64,000 bases of DNA from Octopus sinensis (taxonomy: Eukaryota). The notes below the pieces were generated by a model that saw only the letters and a list, made by a program, of their open reading frames with translations, searched no databases and was not told the origin of the DNA. The stretch lies in NCBI RefSeq assembly GCF_006345805.1, contig NC_043014.1, forward strand, positions 54,994,001 to 55,058,000. Reading direction: 5' to 3'. This document shows positions 62,186 to 64,000 of the stretch, in pieces. A program made the translations under genes and the position numbers. Within the stretch, counting starts at the first letter, position 1; every line of letters begins with the position of its first letter.

Positions 62186-63068
62186 ACTTAATGTATGTGT
62201 TTTGTTCTTACATTTATTTGCTGTGAAATTAATTGATCCTTGGAAAATCCCTTTCAGATGTTGATTATTAAAAAGGCACCAAAAACTTCAAAACCAGACA
62301 AAACAAATCCCTCCAGATGTGAACGAGAATCGTGGATATTTGATATTTTGTTCTCATTTCATTTCGTCAGCATCACATACCCAAGTTACCTTGAAATGCA
62401 TTCAAGACATTGGACTGCAGGTACACATGCAGATAGCATAAAAATCTATCTGCTAATGCACAATACTGCTGCACAACTAAAACAAAATGCTGCATTAAAA
62501 ACGGCTTGAATAATGCAATCCATTTCTGATGTCTGGTTCGTGTGTTTTGAGTCTACCTCCAAAGGTATTCAATGGTTTTTAACACTTGACACCTTAAAGA
62601 CATTTCTCCCTGGATAAATTCCACAGTTGATAAATATACACACAGAAAACATACATTATGTGATATCAATAATGTCTGTATTATTAGAGATGATTCTAAA
62701 CCGAAATATATAAAAGTCTACACCAAAGCACAAACTATAGACATCACTCTCCATCAAGTTTTACTTAGCAAGAATTCCCAGAAACAGTTGAGAGCAGATG
62801 TAGATGATGTTCTTTTAATCTTTCCATCTTTGGTCAAGTGGAATGTCCAGGATTGTGATAGCAAGAGAGAAGGAAAGCTGCACCATTATGAAGTTGGTAC
62901 TAATTCTTTGAGTTGGTTGCACTGGAGCAGCATCAAATGGAATTCCTTGTTCAAGAATACAACCATGATTCCTGGTCCTGGAACTGAACTCAAAACCTCA
63001 AAAGTCATGGACCTAACACCCAAAGAAGTAAGCCACATTCCTTCACTTTTTGTGGTGTGTGTGTGAAG

Positions 63069-63101
<33 letters not shown>

Positions 63102-63119
63102 ATTAAAGATAGAGAAATA

Positions 63120-63530
63120 AATATAGATAGTGTGATAGATAGATAGATAGATGGATGGATGGATAGATGGTGGATAGATAGATAGATAGACAGATAAATA
63201 GATGGATGGATAGATAGATAGATTAGATAGATATAGATAGGTAGATAGATGGATGGATAGATAGATAGATATAGATAGATAGGTAGATAGATGGATGGAT
63301 AAATAGATAGATAGATAGATAGGTAGATAGATGGATGGATAGATAGATTATATAGATAGAGATAGATAGGTAGATAGATGGATGGATAAATAGATAGATA
63401 GGTAGATAGATGGCTGGATAGATAGATAGATTATATAGATATAGATAGATAGGTAGATAGATGGATGGATAAATAGATAGATAAGTAGATGGATGGATGA
63501 ATGGATAGATAGATAGATAGATGGATGGAT
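63120..63530. repeat. (GATA)n/(GGAT)n compound satellite
   Basis: Visible tetranucleotide units with recurring gataggtagatagatggatggat blocks. Confidence 0.95.
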
Positions 63531-64000
63531 ACGTAGTTTTTAACTAGAGTAGGGCTTTGATTAGGGGAGACAATTCTGAGTCAGTTTGAGCAAAGGGAGA
63601 CAACTGCAGACATGGCTTAACAGCGGTGCTCAGCCAAGAAGAAATCAAACATAAAAGTGACACCCGTGGCTTGTCTTGGTTGCATGCTCCTGCTTGATGG
63701 GACTTAGGTCGTTCCAAGTTAGTGATGCAGAGCTGACCACGTCCACCAGTGCCCCCCCGCCCCATCATCGCCGTGTCAGCTCCTCTGCGTCCTCCATTGG
63801 AGTCCTGTGCCCATGGCAGACGATTCTTTCAAAGCTAATAACGCAGTATTCGGTGTTCTAACAATGCATCCCATGTCAAGATGGATTTAAAGATTATCTT
63901 TCGGTATTAGTACTACTGCTTCCATTGCTGATGATTTATTAAGACACGACGAGGTGGGAAAAGTTACTATACCGAAATAAAGCAATTAAAATAATTATAA

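Noticed and set aside
63899-63977. CTGATGA inside an imperfect hairpin at the window end
   Set aside because: No consistent stems II or III connect it to a downstream GAAA.

Overview
AT-rich, repeat-dense eukaryotic genomic DNA. The SINE and microsatellite landscape suggests a coleoid cephalopod, probably Octopus (inference). Two protein-coding genes are supported, both on the minus strand. The first is the first coding exon of a PBZ-zinc-finger protein, probably HPF1 (493-654). The second is an 8-coding-exon gene assembled by hand (33501->14513; 2577 nt; 858 aa; all GT-AG and phase-consistent) encoding PDZ-PDZ-degenerate ROC-COR-Death domain, an unusual Roco-like architecture with apparently dead GTPase motifs. 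The most striking non-coding signal is a set of type I hammerhead ribozyme (HHR) motifs, mostly in (TA)n-associated, Penelope/retrozyme-like elements. A 780-bp insertion in a SINE microsatellite (28105-28884) is a 480-bp monomer with 62-bp terminal redundancy plus a 238-bp inverted copy, giving one canonical HHR on each strand. There is also a candidate U3-A8 covariant HHR (26700-26737), a near-intact HHR (49197-49234), and a tRNA-headed element with a decayed HHR tail (33820-34055). The rest comprises a ~3.8-kb 24-bp minisatellite, two mutually inverted arrays of a composite TTAA MITE+spacer unit, many SINEs, RTE/CR1/R4 LINE fragments, Tc1 and mariner remnants, microsatellites and a 100-N gap. 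All analysis was by eye; repeat boundaries are approximate (about +/-10-20 nt) and no database search was run.
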